Shown here in pieces: positions 25,204-34,824 of a DNA stretch of 64,000 bases. The translations under genes were made by a program, and so were the position numbers. The stretch is taken from the sequence record OP729297.1; one strand, given 5' to 3'. The notes under the pieces are model-generated. The model was given only the letters and a program-made list of their open reading frames with translations. It ran no database searches and had not been told where the DNA came from. Positions within the stretch are counted from its first letter, which is position 1. Each line of letters begins with the position of its first letter.

Positions 25204-25660
25204 CAATGCTTTCAGCATCTGCATCCCCGTCATCACCTTCGGATTCATCCGCGTCAGGGTCTTCTGCGTCTTCTGCGTCAGCATCTCCAGAGGTGTCAGA
25301 TTTCTTTCCACCTTTCTTAGTCTTAGACTTTCCATCGGAGTCGTCTCCAGTATCATCGGAAGCGTCATCTGTTTCATCGTCACCACCATCTGTATCAGTG
25401 TCGGTATCAATGTCAGTATCGTCTTCTTCGGGTTTAGTTTCGCCGGATTTCTTGGCGCCTTTCTTACCCTTTACAGAATCACCGCCACCAGCCTTTTGAG
25501 CTAGTTTTTCTTTGTCCTTGGCTTCTTCTGTGAGACGGAGCTTCTTCTCCAATGAAGCGTAATCGGCCAGGTCAGTGCGTCCAGTTGTGGACTCTGGGCT
25601 TGATACGCGAGCGCGGTTCTTGTACGTGCTATCCTGACTAAGGCTTACATAAATTTCCAT
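25184..25660 (-). CDS. acidic disordered protein with MEIYVSLS tag
   Basis: 158 aa, SD GAGG, Asp-rich C-terminal half. Confidence 0.85.
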   Translation of the reverse strand: MEIYVSLSQDSTYKNRARVSSPESTTGRTDLADYASLEKKLRLTEEAKDKEKLAQKAGGGDSVKGKKGAKKSGETKPEEDDTDIDTDTDTDGGDDETDDASDDTGDDSDGKSKTKKGGKKSDTSGDADAEDAEDPDADESEGDDGDADAESIDDEDLE

Positions 25661-25667
25661 GATTACC

Positions 25668-26078
25668 TCAAGTGTATCGAGAGTTGGGTTCTTTGCCGTC
25701 GAGAATATCGGTTAGGATATTTGCTCTGTAGTCCAGTAGCAATCTCTGGCCTTCGATGTTCTTGTCTTGACTATTAACCAGTTCTTCAAGGCGTCTAATG
25801 CGACGCTGAATCTCTGGTGTTGGATGCTTGCGACTGAGTAGAGCCATCTTAACTACCAGTTGTTCTCTCATGGTCAAGGCCGATCGCAGGTTATCACAGG
25901 TCTGGCTGACCAACATCAGCATTACCAGATACTTACGCGACTGTACTTGATCAGGTGGCTTTACCTTAGAGAGAATAACGTCGATGCAGCGAGGCACCAC
26001 ATAACCTAGCTGTTCAGTGCGATAGACAGACTCCTTAAGTCGGCGCAATGATCGTTCATAATCTTTTTGTATGCTCAT
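25668..26078 (-). CDS. hypothetical coiled-coil protein
   Basis: 136 aa, ATGA-coupled. Confidence 0.75.
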   Translation of the reverse strand: MSIQKDYERSLRRLKESVYRTEQLGYVVPRCIDVILSKVKPPDQVQSRKYLVMLMLVSQTCDNLRSALTMREQLVVKMALLSRKHPTPEIQRRIRRLEELVNSQDKNIEGQRLLLDYRANILTDILDGKEPNSRYT

Positions 26079-27166
26079 AGCTCAAATGTTTTTACGATAT
26101 GCTTCGGACGTTGAGACTTCTGCTTCTTGTCCGGCAGCAGACCTTGTTGTTGAGTTTTCCGACCCGTACTTACGATTTCCATATATGTCAGGTCAGGGTT
26201 GGCCATGATTCGCTGCTCTAACTTCTTCATGAAGTCAATCATGTGTGATTGAATAAAGCAATAGTCAACAAAAGGGCATGTGTCATATCCGTGGAACTCG
26301 TCCCAATAATACTCAGCGCTCTTGCACGGCTTACGTTTAATAGCTGGCAGCAGATCACCCGTGCGCGCCGATTTTACCGCAGCATCCCATGCGCGTATTT
26401 GCTCCATCATAAAATCTTTTGCGCGTTTTGACTCTGCCTCGTCAAACACAAAGGTCTTCTCGACAAACTTTTTAGGGTTGTCACGCGGTACGTACACCAG
26501 AGTGTAGTCCACGATGTTGTAGCCATAACGCTTTTTGAGAAGATAGGCGTAGGTCGCGATCTGAAAGCGATGGTACTTAACAAAGAACGAACCATCTGCG
26601 GCCTTAGTGACCATAGTTGATTTCAAATCGATCAGACTGTATGTGCCGTCAAGATTATCAATCAGTCCATCGACGTAACCTTTGAGTGACTTGTACAGGA
26701 CTTTCAATTCTGCATAAGCCATAGGTTGATCGCAAGATGGGCAGCGGTTGTTCGTGCTTTTAGTTCGCGTGTACTTCCCTTTCTTGTACTTACCGTCAAC
26801 CATTTTGCCTTTGGTCTTCGGGTACTCTACGCACTTCTCGTTGGTACACTTCCAGTGACCAACCATCTGACCACTGTGGCCCAGAGCATTCTGCAACGAT
26901 TCGTGCATCCCTGTCCCTGCTTTCGCAAAGATGTTCAGCAACGTACCAGACTCACCAGTCATGCACTTGTTGTGCTTCTGGTAAATCAGCTTGGCCGTTT
27001 CTTGAATCGCACAGATAGGAAACATTGAAGGGCTGACACGTTTCTTCGGCCAGCGCTTCTCTTGGTTCTTTACGTCAAGCGCAGCATCGATCATCTTGCC
27101 GATGCGCGACAACACGCGAGTATCATTGACTCGCGCTGGTACGTTTGCGAACGTTCTCATAGTCAT
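26075..27166 (-). CDS. Cas4-like PD-(D/E)XK exonuclease
   Basis: SPSMFPIC, GTGMHE, GYVDGL..LIDLKS, QIATYAY, C-terminal Cys cluster; inserted CxxxxC..CPSC. Confidence 0.85.
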   Translation of the reverse strand: MTMRTFANVPARVNDTRVLSRIGKMIDAALDVKNQEKRWPKKRVSPSMFPICAIQETAKLIYQKHNKCMTGESGTLLNIFAKAGTGMHESLQNALGHSGQMVGHWKCTNEKCVEYPKTKGKMVDGKYKKGKYTRTKSTNNRCPSCDQPMAYAELKVLYKSLKGYVDGLIDNLDGTYSLIDLKSTMVTKAADGSFFVKYHRFQIATYAYLLKKRYGYNIVDYTLVYVPRDNPKKFVEKTFVFDEAESKRAKDFMMEQIRAWDAAVKSARTGDLLPAIKRKPCKSAEYYWDEFHGYDTCPFVDYCFIQSHMIDFMKKLEQRIMANPDLTYMEIVSTGRKTQQQGLLPDKKQKSQRPKHIVKTFEL

Positions 27167-27458
27167 CCTCGCTTACGGCAATTGTTTGTTCAAAGAAAAC
27201 GAACTTGTAGTAGCGAGTACCAAACAGGTAACAGCGTACTTCAACACCTTCTTCCTTGAAAGAATACATCAGGCGCAGACTACTGGTCATTGTCTCAATA
27301 TCAGTAGCGGCAGGCAAAGTAAGGCCTATCATATCACCCTGATTGTTGAACGCACCTAACGTTTGAGGTTCGACTTTGAGTAGATCGCAAAACTGTAGCC
27401 AGTGCCGATCATAAAAGCGACGTTCCGCTTTATGTACATAGCGATGTGGATTACCCAT
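27123..27458 (-). CDS. hypothetical protein
   Basis: 111 aa ORF. Confidence 0.7.
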   Translation of the reverse strand: MGNPHRYVHKAERRFYDRHWLQFCDLLKVEPQTLGAFNNQGDMIGLTLPAATDIETMTSSLRLMYSFKEEGVEVRCYLFGTRYYKFVFFEQTIAVSEDDYENVRKRTSASQ

Positions 27459-27474
27459 TCTTATTGTCCCTTTT

Positions 27475-27483
27475 CTGTAAATA
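27475..27483 (+). promoter_or_regulatory. class B motif CTGTAAATA
   Basis: Upstream of primase. Confidence 0.65.
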
Positions 27484-27522
27484 TAGCTATATGCGTAAAT
27501 TACGAAACGAATAGAGGATGGT

Positions 27523-28581
27523 ATGGCAGAAGATGTCCATCAGATAATTCTCGATGAAATTGGCAAACTGCCAGGCGAGAAGAAATACAACGGCGACACT
27601 GTTATGGTGTGCTGTCCGTTCCACAGCGATAAGACTCCTAGTTGTGGTATTTACACATCTGTAGGGATGGAGATACCGCTCGGATTCTTTCACTGCTTTG
27701 GTTGCGGTGAGAAAGGTGGTTGGAACAAACTCGCAGCACACGCGAGACTACAAGAGATCAAAGGCTGGGCGCTAAAAGATGCTGGCACGAACTCTCTTAG
27801 TGCTCTGCTTAAAACGTATGACCAGATAGGCTCGAAGATTGGTACTTACCCATCAGTTGGTCTGTTGATGAAAGCGCTTGGACGTAAGAGCTACATGGAG
27901 TGGCCGCTTGATGTTGAGTGGCGCGGTTATCCTGGAGCGCTTGTTCGTGCTGCTGGTGGTTTGCTTAACGCACAGCACACAGGGACGAACGTTTGTTTCT
28001 TCCCATGCAAACACGGAACGAAATACATAGGTGGTATCGCTGCATATCTGCGTAAGCAAATGAACGGCACCAGCTATGTGAACTCGCAAGGTGATTGGGC
28101 AAAAGACAAAGGCCTGTTCCCACTTCCATTAGTCAAAGAGTGTTTGAAGAAATACAAGCTGCGGTACGTTGTGCTGGTGGAAGGTCCTCGTGATGCTCTC
28201 GCGCTGTTATCGTATGGTATACCTGCTCTGGCCGTTCTTGGCGCAGAACAGTTTGGTGAAACGAAACGCAGAACGATTGAGATGCTTGGTGTGAGTGTCG
28301 TGTACACCATGACAGATAACGATGGTGGTGGGAAGTTGCTGCGCACCAAGATCAAGGAAGAGTTTGCGAAGAACTCACCAGTACCAGTCAAACACTTCAA
28401 GCTGCCGCGTGAGTTTGATGAAGAAGGTAAACTGATTAAGCTCGACCCAGACAACGCACCATTCAAGTTGATCAAAGAAGTTCGCATGACACTGAAAGAC
28501 ATTCACGGCAAGAAGTGCATCATGCCAGCGAAAGCGCTTGGATGGAATCGACCTAAAGCAATAGAGAAGAAAGGAAAGTAG
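27523..28581 (+). CDS. dnaG: DNA primase (CHC2 Zn finger plus TOPRIM)
   Basis: CCPFHSDKTPS..CFGCG; LVEGPRDAL; TDNDGGG. Confidence 0.92.
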   Translation: MAEDVHQIILDEIGKLPGEKKYNGDTVMVCCPFHSDKTPSCGIYTSVGMEIPLGFFHCFGCGEKGGWNKLAAHARLQEIKGWALKDAGTNSLSALLKTYDQIGSKIGTYPSVGLLMKALGRKSYMEWPLDVEWRGYPGALVRAAGGLLNAQHTGTNVCFFPCKHGTKYIGGIAAYLRKQMNGTSYVNSQGDWAKDKGLFPLPLVKECLKKYKLRYVVLVEGPRDALALLSYGIPALAVLGAEQFGETKRRTIEMLGVSVVYTMTDNDGGGKLLRTKIKEEFAKNSPVPVKHFKLPREFDEEGKLIKLDPDNAPFKLIKEVRMTLKDIHGKKCIMPAKALGWNRPKAIEKKGK

Positions 28582-28582
28582 A

Positions 28583-28762
28583 ATGGCTTTGAAATTCAGA
28601 AAGCAGTTTAAGCAACACTCGATTGAAGATTTACGCAGCCGCAGTATTCGTCGTATGCAGCGTCTGATCAACCGCATCAAAGTTGAACCGCGATTGATTA
28701 AGCCCGGTGAGTCATCAGCGTTTCTTGATCGTTTACGCGAGCAAACAGAACAGCAGCAGTAA
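28583..28762 (+). CDS. 59-aa basic protein (absent from ORF track)
   Basis: MALKFRKQFKQHSIEDLRSRSIRRMQRLINRIKVEPRLIKPGESSAFLDRLREQTEQQQ; starts 1 nt after primase stop, ends at terminator. Confidence 0.7.
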   Translation: MALKFRKQFKQHSIEDLRSRSIRRMQRLINRIKVEPRLIKPGESSAFLDRLREQTEQQQ

Positions 28763-28763
28763 T

Positions 28764-28803
28764 AAAAATGGGAGACTCCTTTCGGGGCCTCCCATTTTTT
28801 TTT
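28764..28803. terminator. bidirectional terminator between convergent genes
   Basis: AAAAATGGGAG..CTCCCATTTTTTTTT hairpin. Confidence 0.85.
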
Positions 28804-28819
28804 GTCTATGGCTTGTCGA

Positions 28820-29470
28820 TTACGCGTCGTCAAGAGCCTGAACGATCAGTTCAACGATTGCTGGACGAGTGATGTGCTCGCGCAGAATGTTGAGTTCAGA
28901 CACAGGCAGACCGAGACCACGAGACAGGAATTCACGTTCCAGGTTGTCGTCAGATTCTTCGCTGTCTTCTTGCGCTCGCATGATGAATGCGTTAACGAAC
29001 TGGTTGCTGGAGAACTGCTCGCCGCCTTCGAAGATGATTTCTTTCTTACGGGCACCACCGCCCAGATCGATAGCTTGCAGTTCGCCAGTTTCTTCACCCA
29101 GCTCAGCCGCGATAGCCGCGTTCATCTTGTTCAGGTTACGCATTTCTTTCTGCGCCAGCTTGCTGCTACGCATGTACTCTTCGGCGCTCTTGGTATCAAT
29201 GATAACCAAGTGGCCCATACGCAGGGCGCGGCGAAGGTGAGTAGACTGCATCAGGCTTTCTTTGGTAGCTTGCTGCGTCAGATCGATTGGGATGAAGGTA
29301 GCAGGAACCAGAACAGGAACTGGCTGGCCCATGTCGTCTTTCGCGCTGAACATTACGTTGCCGCGAGGCTCAGTACGGTTAGCGACGTACATAGGTGCAA
29401 CGGTGTCTTTGCCGTAGCGCTCGTTATAGGTAGTCAGGGTAATCGGTTGTACAAGGACTTTATTGCTCAT
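28820..29470 (-). CDS. hypothetical protein; N-terminal domain shared with 29524-31293
   Basis: PATxxxxDLTQQA motif. Confidence 0.8.
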   Translation of the reverse strand: MSNKVLVQPITLTTYNERYGKDTVAPMYVANRTEPRGNVMFSAKDDMGQPVPVLVPATFIPIDLTQQATKESLMQSTHLRRALRMGHLVIIDTKSAEEYMRSSKLAQKEMRNLNKMNAAIAAELGEETGELQAIDLGGGARKKEIIFEGGEQFSSNQFVNAFIMRAQEDSEESDDNLEREFLSRGLGLPVSELNILREHITRPAIVELIVQALDDA

Positions 29471-29523
29471 GGGTAAATCTCCGAATTTTCAGTTCTATTA
29501 GGGGCCGAAGCCCCTGTAAAGGA

Positions 29524-31293
29524 TTAAGCTGCCGCGACAGCTAAAGTGTCGGTGAAGTCAACATAGCCAGCATGTTGCACCACAAGCTGAGCCTGACCTT
29601 CAACCAGAGGGCCGGACAGCGTAATAATGAACTCACCAGTGGACGCATCAGCTACAGCATCACCCGTAACACTACCCTGCGTCAGAGTGACAGTAGAGCC
29701 AGGCGTTGCTTGTCCTGCAACGGTGTCTTCGCCAGCTTTCAGATCAGCATCAAGCTGACCGAGTGCTTCAACGACCAGAGTAACCTGGAAGGAAGCTGGC
29801 AGATATTGAGCGCGTGACAGTTCGACAGTAATCGGACCAGGCACAACGTTCGTGAAGCCGTTAACACTGAACGCACCCTGCGGATTTGAAGACGCAGTTT
29901 TGGTTTCGCCGTTCATGGTGATCTTAACGGTGGCGCTCGCAACAGTGTCACCGACTACAGCAGTCTGACCGTCCTGTGCTTGTTGCAGCGTAGGCGCAGC
30001 GAACTCTTCCAGAATAGTGAACGACGTTGAGCCATCTTCGTAGAACGCAGAGGTAACGTTGACCACACCAGTAGAACCCACACCAGCTTTCGCATCAACA
30101 CCAGTAATGTTGAACGTACCAGCAGCCAGATTGACAGTACCTTCGTACACGCCAGCCTGAACTGTTACGGTAACAGCGATATCGTTCGCTTCGGCATTCA
30201 GACCTGCAATGGTACCAGATACCACAGTGCGGGTTTCGCCGAACGCATCAGCGTCATCAACTGCGATTGCACCGAACTGGAGTTTAGTCGGCTGCATTGT
30301 CGCGGTTGCTTCATCGTAGCCGTCTTTTTCCAGCACACGAATAGACACAGCGCCTTTAACTGCACCGACAGTAGCAGTCCAGTCACCCTGCGCATTGGCA
30401 GTAGCGAACTGATTAGACTGGCCGTCGATCAGGATTTCGACTTCTGCTTCTGGCGTTGCTTTACCAGACAGAGAAGTAGTCAGGAACGATGCGCTGTCAA
30501 TCTGCGCCAGACCAGGCACTGAGTCAGTTACGACAGTTACCGTTTTATCCAGATAGCCGTCAGCAGTGAACGTCAGATGGATATCACCAAACGGCAGTGG
30601 ATCGACGTTGATAGAGAACGCACCAGCGTTATCAGCCTGGCCAGTGAACTGTTTGCTTTGTACCGATACCACGATATTAGCATTCGCAACAGTCGTTCCC
30701 GAAACCGTAGTTTCTTTGAAGACTGCATGAACAACAGGTTCAGGCATTGGTTGCAGCGGCTGTGGGCCTGCTTCGAAGTCGTAACGCGCTGGCGTATAAC
30801 CGTTTGCAGTTACAGTGATCGAGAACGGACCTTCTTCCAGACCAGACACGTCAACAGTGAACACGCCACTACCGTTCGAAGTACCAGTCCACACGTTACC
30901 GTTCTGTTCAACGATCACAACGGCGTTAGGGATTGTGGTACCGTCAACTGACACTGCACCAGCAACTGGAGTTTGTGACAGAGAAGGCTGTGGAATACCT
31001 TCACCAGGCTGAGGCATATCGTCAGGGTTCAGCAGAGCGACACGCTGCAACTGGATCAGAGATTTCAGTTGGCTACACGCCAGCAGGTTTTCCAGAGGCG
31101 CTTGCTGCGTCAGGTCAACAGCATTGCGCGTCGCAGGAATGATAACGTCCTTCATCTGGAAGTTGTCACCTGGGCACTGGAAAGAGATTTGACCCAGCGG
31201 CTGAGTCTGGTTGCTGACCAGCATCTGAGGCTCGCTCAGAATGTTGCGCTGAATAAAAGCGCGATACTGATCGAGAGAAATAAAGTTACTCAT
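29524..31293 (-). CDS. putative virion decoration protein with tandem Ig-like repeats
   Basis: ~5-6 repeats of the pattern SG.T.P.A.V.V....T..A...G.F.I. Confidence 0.8.
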   Translation of the reverse strand: MSNFISLDQYRAFIQRNILSEPQMLVSNQTQPLGQISFQCPGDNFQMKDVIIPATRNAVDLTQQAPLENLLACSQLKSLIQLQRVALLNPDDMPQPGEGIPQPSLSQTPVAGAVSVDGTTIPNAVVIVEQNGNVWTGTSNGSGVFTVDVSGLEEGPFSITVTANGYTPARYDFEAGPQPLQPMPEPVVHAVFKETTVSGTTVANANIVVSVQSKQFTGQADNAGAFSINVDPLPFGDIHLTFTADGYLDKTVTVVTDSVPGLAQIDSASFLTTSLSGKATPEAEVEILIDGQSNQFATANAQGDWTATVGAVKGAVSIRVLEKDGYDEATATMQPTKLQFGAIAVDDADAFGETRTVVSGTIAGLNAEANDIAVTVTVQAGVYEGTVNLAAGTFNITGVDAKAGVGSTGVVNVTSAFYEDGSTSFTILEEFAAPTLQQAQDGQTAVVGDTVASATVKITMNGETKTASSNPQGAFSVNGFTNVVPGPITVELSRAQYLPASFQVTLVVEALGQLDADLKAGEDTVAGQATPGSTVTLTQGSVTGDAVADASTGEFIITLSGPLVEGQAQLVVQHAGYVDFTDTLAVAAA

Positions 31294-31978
31294 TGGAGTC
31301 TCCAGATTGTTTAAGGTTCTGTAGCGACTGGCAGAACGTCTGATACTTACGAGGCGTTAACCGCAGCGCTGTGCCTAAATTAAATTCAGAATTGGTTATC
31401 TTGCCCACCATCTGAGTAAATCGTTCTTCATCGTCCAGGTAGGCAAGCATCCATGGGCGATAGTCGTTGAACGTTTGAACCAGATAGTTATGAACCTGAT
31501 CGACAATGCGGCTTCGGCCTTCTACGTAGTCAAAAGACCGATCGCAATCAGAATCATCAATCCCGGCAATAAACATAGTAAGACAGATAGCAGTACGGGT
31601 ACGATTTTGTGCGCGTCGAATCGTATTGTCCAACTGCTTTTGATCCATCTCTTTGAGTTCTGGGAAGAGGCCACGTTTGTAATAAGCGATCTCCTTGTTA
31701 GAGATTGAACGGTCGGCAGCTTCTTTGCGGTCTAACGCCATACAGCCTGTAGGCGTTTCGCGTGTGCAATACTGGCACGTTGTGATCGGACACTGACCAC
31801 GAAAACGAAACTGTTGTGGCTTGTCTTCCATTTCAGGACAGACAATGATTGGACGATTGTCCTGCACAACACGAATCGGAACTGCTTTTCCTTTATTTGT
31901 TTTGGTGGTCGCAGACTTCTTCACCTTGACAGGTTTCTTTGCCGCAACTGCCTTTTGTTCTTTCTTTAACTTCGCCAT
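31286..31978 (-). CDS. hypothetical protein with Lys-rich N-terminus and Cys cluster
   Basis: CPITTCQYC..C; class B motif upstream at 32015-32023. Confidence 0.75.
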   Translation of the reverse strand: MAKLKKEQKAVAAKKPVKVKKSATTKTNKGKAVPIRVVQDNRPIIVCPEMEDKPQQFRFRGQCPITTCQYCTRETPTGCMALDRKEAADRSISNKEIAYYKRGLFPELKEMDQKQLDNTIRRAQNRTRTAICLTMFIAGIDDSDCDRSFDYVEGRSRIVDQVHNYLVQTFNDYRPWMLAYLDDEERFTQMVGKITNSEFNLGTALRLTPRKYQTFCQSLQNLKQSGDSNE

Positions 31979-32024
31979 TTCTATATCCCACAAGCCGTGT
32001 TAACCAAGTAAGGATATTTACAGA

Positions 32025-32390
32025 TTAATTGGCCACAAACATGGGAAAACCTATGGAGACCGAATACAGTACGCCGTTAGGAATTTCGTTCACAGACGGG
32101 TCACGATAGGTAAACTTCGGAGCCTGAGTAACAGGAGCCAGAATCTGGACAGCGCCGTCGTAAGTACGCGTTGCGCCATCGGTACGCAGCAGTTCGAGAT
32201 AGTCCGCGATCTTGGCTTTCAGATCTTGCAGCAGCGTAGTGCCCTGTTCATCCGAACGAACACTGACCAGAGTTTCCATTGTGGAATACGTCTGGCTGTT
32301 CTCACCGACCTGACCACGATCGAGATAGACAGGTGTGCCAAACTCAGACACTACATCTTTAACGAGAGAAAGCAGTTGTTCATGTTCCAT
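32025..32390 (-). CDS. hypothetical protein
   Basis: Start moved to MEHEQLL after SD GAGG. Confidence 0.7.
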   Translation of the reverse strand: MEHEQLLSLVKDVVSEFGTPVYLDRGQVGENSQTYSTMETLVSVRSDEQGTTLLQDLKAKIADYLELLRTDGATRTYDGAVQILAPVTQAPKFTYRDPSVNEIPNGVLYSVSIGFPMFVAN

Positions 32391-32397
32391 GTTTGCC

Positions 32398-32946
32398 TCA
32401 CAGTACAGGTGCTGACAAGAACTTCGGAACGTAGACGTCAACGATGCGGTCGAAGCCTGCGAATGGTTTCCGGTTCGTATGTCGGTAGAAGGTATACATG
32501 CCAATAAGGCTTGCGTCAAATTCGTGAATCGCTTTGCGACTCTTTTTGGAAGTCAGATTATAATGCGCGTAATAACCTTTAAGGTCCATAGTACGGTTGA
32601 ACGCGTTCTTCCACTGACTTGCCGTGATCAAATCGATCGGGCAGTTCTTTTTCAATGCGAACATGGACAGCACACCAAGCATCAAACTGATAGCCTCAAT
32701 AGTGTTACCGCCAAGGCCACGCGACTGGAATCGCTCGAAGCACATTGCATCAAACGGTCCATAGCGCTTCCATATGTCATCAAGCTCTTTCATGAACTCT
32801 TTGACTGGTTGGCGCATGTCGTGGTGTAGGTTTTGAATTGGATGTTGAAACATCCTCGTCCCGAGAATCTCTATGCGCTTGTCCTTAAATTCAGTGACAG
32901 ACAACGCGAAGTTAACCTTTCCCGGGTCGCCTGAAAGAATACGCAT
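32398..32946 (-). CDS. RuvC-like Holliday junction resolvase
   Basis: MRILSGDPGKVNFALS, CFERFQ, HEFDASLIG (RNase H-fold D/E/D). Confidence 0.8.
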   Translation of the reverse strand: MRILSGDPGKVNFALSVTEFKDKRIEILGTRMFQHPIQNLHHDMRQPVKEFMKELDDIWKRYGPFDAMCFERFQSRGLGGNTIEAISLMLGVLSMFALKKNCPIDLITASQWKNAFNRTMDLKGYYAHYNLTSKKSRKAIHEFDASLIGMYTFYRHTNRKPFAGFDRIVDVYVPKFLSAPVL

Positions 32947-33015
32947 GTTAGGCTCCTCGTTTTAACATACACTAAATAAGTATTTGTCAGGGCAAAGGTC
33001 CAAAATTCTTAGTCA

Positions 33016-33023
33016 CTAATTTC
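33016..33023 (+). promoter_or_regulatory. class C motif CTAATTTC
   Basis: In the divergent intergenic region, 22 nt before ATG. Confidence 0.6.
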
Positions 33024-33045
33024 AAGCACACAGAGGAGAACTTTT

Positions 33046-34155
33046 ATGAGCTGGATTGAGCGCGGGAAACCCCGCAACACATACGACCGGCACAAGACCT
33101 ACGAAACGGAACGCGTACAACGCCGATTGGACAGTGTGCAAAAGGTTGTGCAGTCCAAAGTCGAACAGGCATTGCAGGTAGACGCCACCGATATCGTCAT
33201 CTTCAAGAAAGCGAAGATGGGCCTCACCTGTAGCTGCAACAAAACCGAAAACGATGTACTGGATAACATTGCTGGTGGCCTGAAAAGTTTAGGCCGTGAA
33301 TCCGATGCAATGTCTGCTGGCGTTAAGATCGATACTGTCTCCAAGGGTATGTTCGGCGGTGGGCGCCAAGCAGTAAGCCTTGATGATATCGACGACGGCA
33401 TGAACGCTGTTATGGACGCCGCAGACCTGATGGGCATTGACACAGGTGAGGAGTTCGACGTCAAGTGGGATGGTGGTAACGTTGCGAACTGCGGCATCTG
33501 CTATCGTCAAGGTGTTGTGCCTGGTTTTGTCAGTACAGGCTTCATCTACAACATCGCCACGCACTATCACGTCAAGGAACTGGAGGGTTATACACTCGAT
33601 CAGTCCACCAGCCCAGCGACATTCAGGCAGGTACGTAAAGACGGTTACGCGGATTTCGATCAGCTTATCCCAAAATACTTTACGCAGGCGACTTATTCGG
33701 TGCGTCTGAATGAAACCATGTTACCTGCTTTCCCACGCCCTATGCTGTTGGTTAACGGTGTTGAAGTCGAACTGACAGCAGCTAATCTGGAACGCTGGCG
33801 TGGTAAACATGTGACGATTCGTGTTCGAGGAGTTGAGGCATTCTCACACGTCACGATGATCTTCGATTTGGGTGTGCCGCCTGTTAAAGGCAACATCAGC
33901 GAAGAAGCAAACGTGCTGAACTACGATCAGGAACTGACTGTCGGTAACATCACGGTAGTTCTGCCTGCGCGTAGCGGTGCGATTGAACCAGAAGATATTC
34001 TCGTTCTGCCTTTCAAAAACTACGTGCTGAAAGTTATGGAAGCACCGAAGAAACGCACAGCGAAGAACGATCAGTGGGAATGGGTGTGTACCACTCGTCC
34101 CGTACAGCGCAAAGAGATTGCGTATAACATTTTCAAAGGCTTCAAAATCCGATAG
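33046..34155 (+). CDS. putative virion neck/head-closure-like protein
   Basis: CSC..CGICY..G..PGF Zn motif recalled from jumbo-phage neck proteins; CDS secure, function inferred. Confidence 0.6.
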   Translation: MSWIERGKPRNTYDRHKTYETERVQRRLDSVQKVVQSKVEQALQVDATDIVIFKKAKMGLTCSCNKTENDVLDNIAGGLKSLGRESDAMSAGVKIDTVSKGMFGGGRQAVSLDDIDDGMNAVMDAADLMGIDTGEEFDVKWDGGNVANCGICYRQGVVPGFVSTGFIYNIATHYHVKELEGYTLDQSTSPATFRQVRKDGYADFDQLIPKYFTQATYSVRLNETMLPAFPRPMLLVNGVEVELTAANLERWRGKHVTIRVRGVEAFSHVTMIFDLGVPPVKGNISEEANVLNYDQELTVGNITVVLPARSGAIEPEDILVLPFKNYVLKVMEAPKKRTAKNDQWEWVCTTRPVQRKEIAYNIFKGFKIR

Positions 34156-34164
34156 GAGATTAAC

Positions 34165-34824
34165 ATGACTCGTATTAAGATCAGCTTGAGCAGTGAAGCG
34201 AATGGGGATATGACCAATAAGCCACAGCCTGCTTCTGACATTCCAGATAGCTGGCCAGATCCCAACAAGCTGACAGGTAAAATTCCGTTTGACGCGAATC
34301 AGAGCGAAACAGCCGACGACATGTTCGACCCTGATAAAGCTGTCGAAGGTAACCCTGATTTGCGCAACGGCAACACCAAGCCGGGCGCAGAGGGTAAAGC
34401 GTCACGCCCTGACGAGAACTACCGTGCTGGTGGCCGTACCACGAATCAGGTTGAATCCGTGCATTGCAATAAAGTGAATGCGCTCGGACAGCCTGTTCGT
34501 TTCACGAAAAACGACATTATGAGCGGTGGTCTATCGTTCAAAGACCTGTTCGGTGACGTATTCGGCGATATCTTCGGTGATCGTCGTGTGCAGAAAGCGA
34601 TTAGCAGTGCGCTCACTGCTAACGAAGGCGTATCGGTATCGAAAGGCAAGTCTAAATCAGCTAAAATGCGCTCGCAGATGCTTAAAATGGTCATGCCTGA
34701 GCTATCGCGTGAACAGGGCGAGCGTTTAGCGTCTGCGATGGCCGAACACGACGGCGAAACAGTCAAGCGAATACTGACTCAAATCGGTGTTAAGCTCGGA
34801 AAACGCGTTTCACAGAAAAAATGA
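34165..34824 (+). CDS. hypothetical protein with MTRIKISLSS N-terminus
   Basis: 219 aa, SD AGGAG; variant of the SLS tag. Confidence 0.8.
   Translation: MTRIKISLSSEANGDMTNKPQPASDIPDSWPDPNKLTGKIPFDANQSETADDMFDPDKAVEGNPDLRNGNTKPGAEGKASRPDENYRAGGRTTNQVESVHCNKVNALGQPVRFTKNDIMSGGLSFKDLFGDVFGDIFGDRRVQKAISSALTANEGVSVSKGKSKSAKMRSQMLKMVMPELSREQGERLASAMAEHDGETVKRILTQIGVKLGKRVSQKK

Noticed and set aside
26075-27166. CRISPR-Cas system implied by the Cas4-like gene
   Set aside because: No cas1, cas2, effector genes or array in the window.
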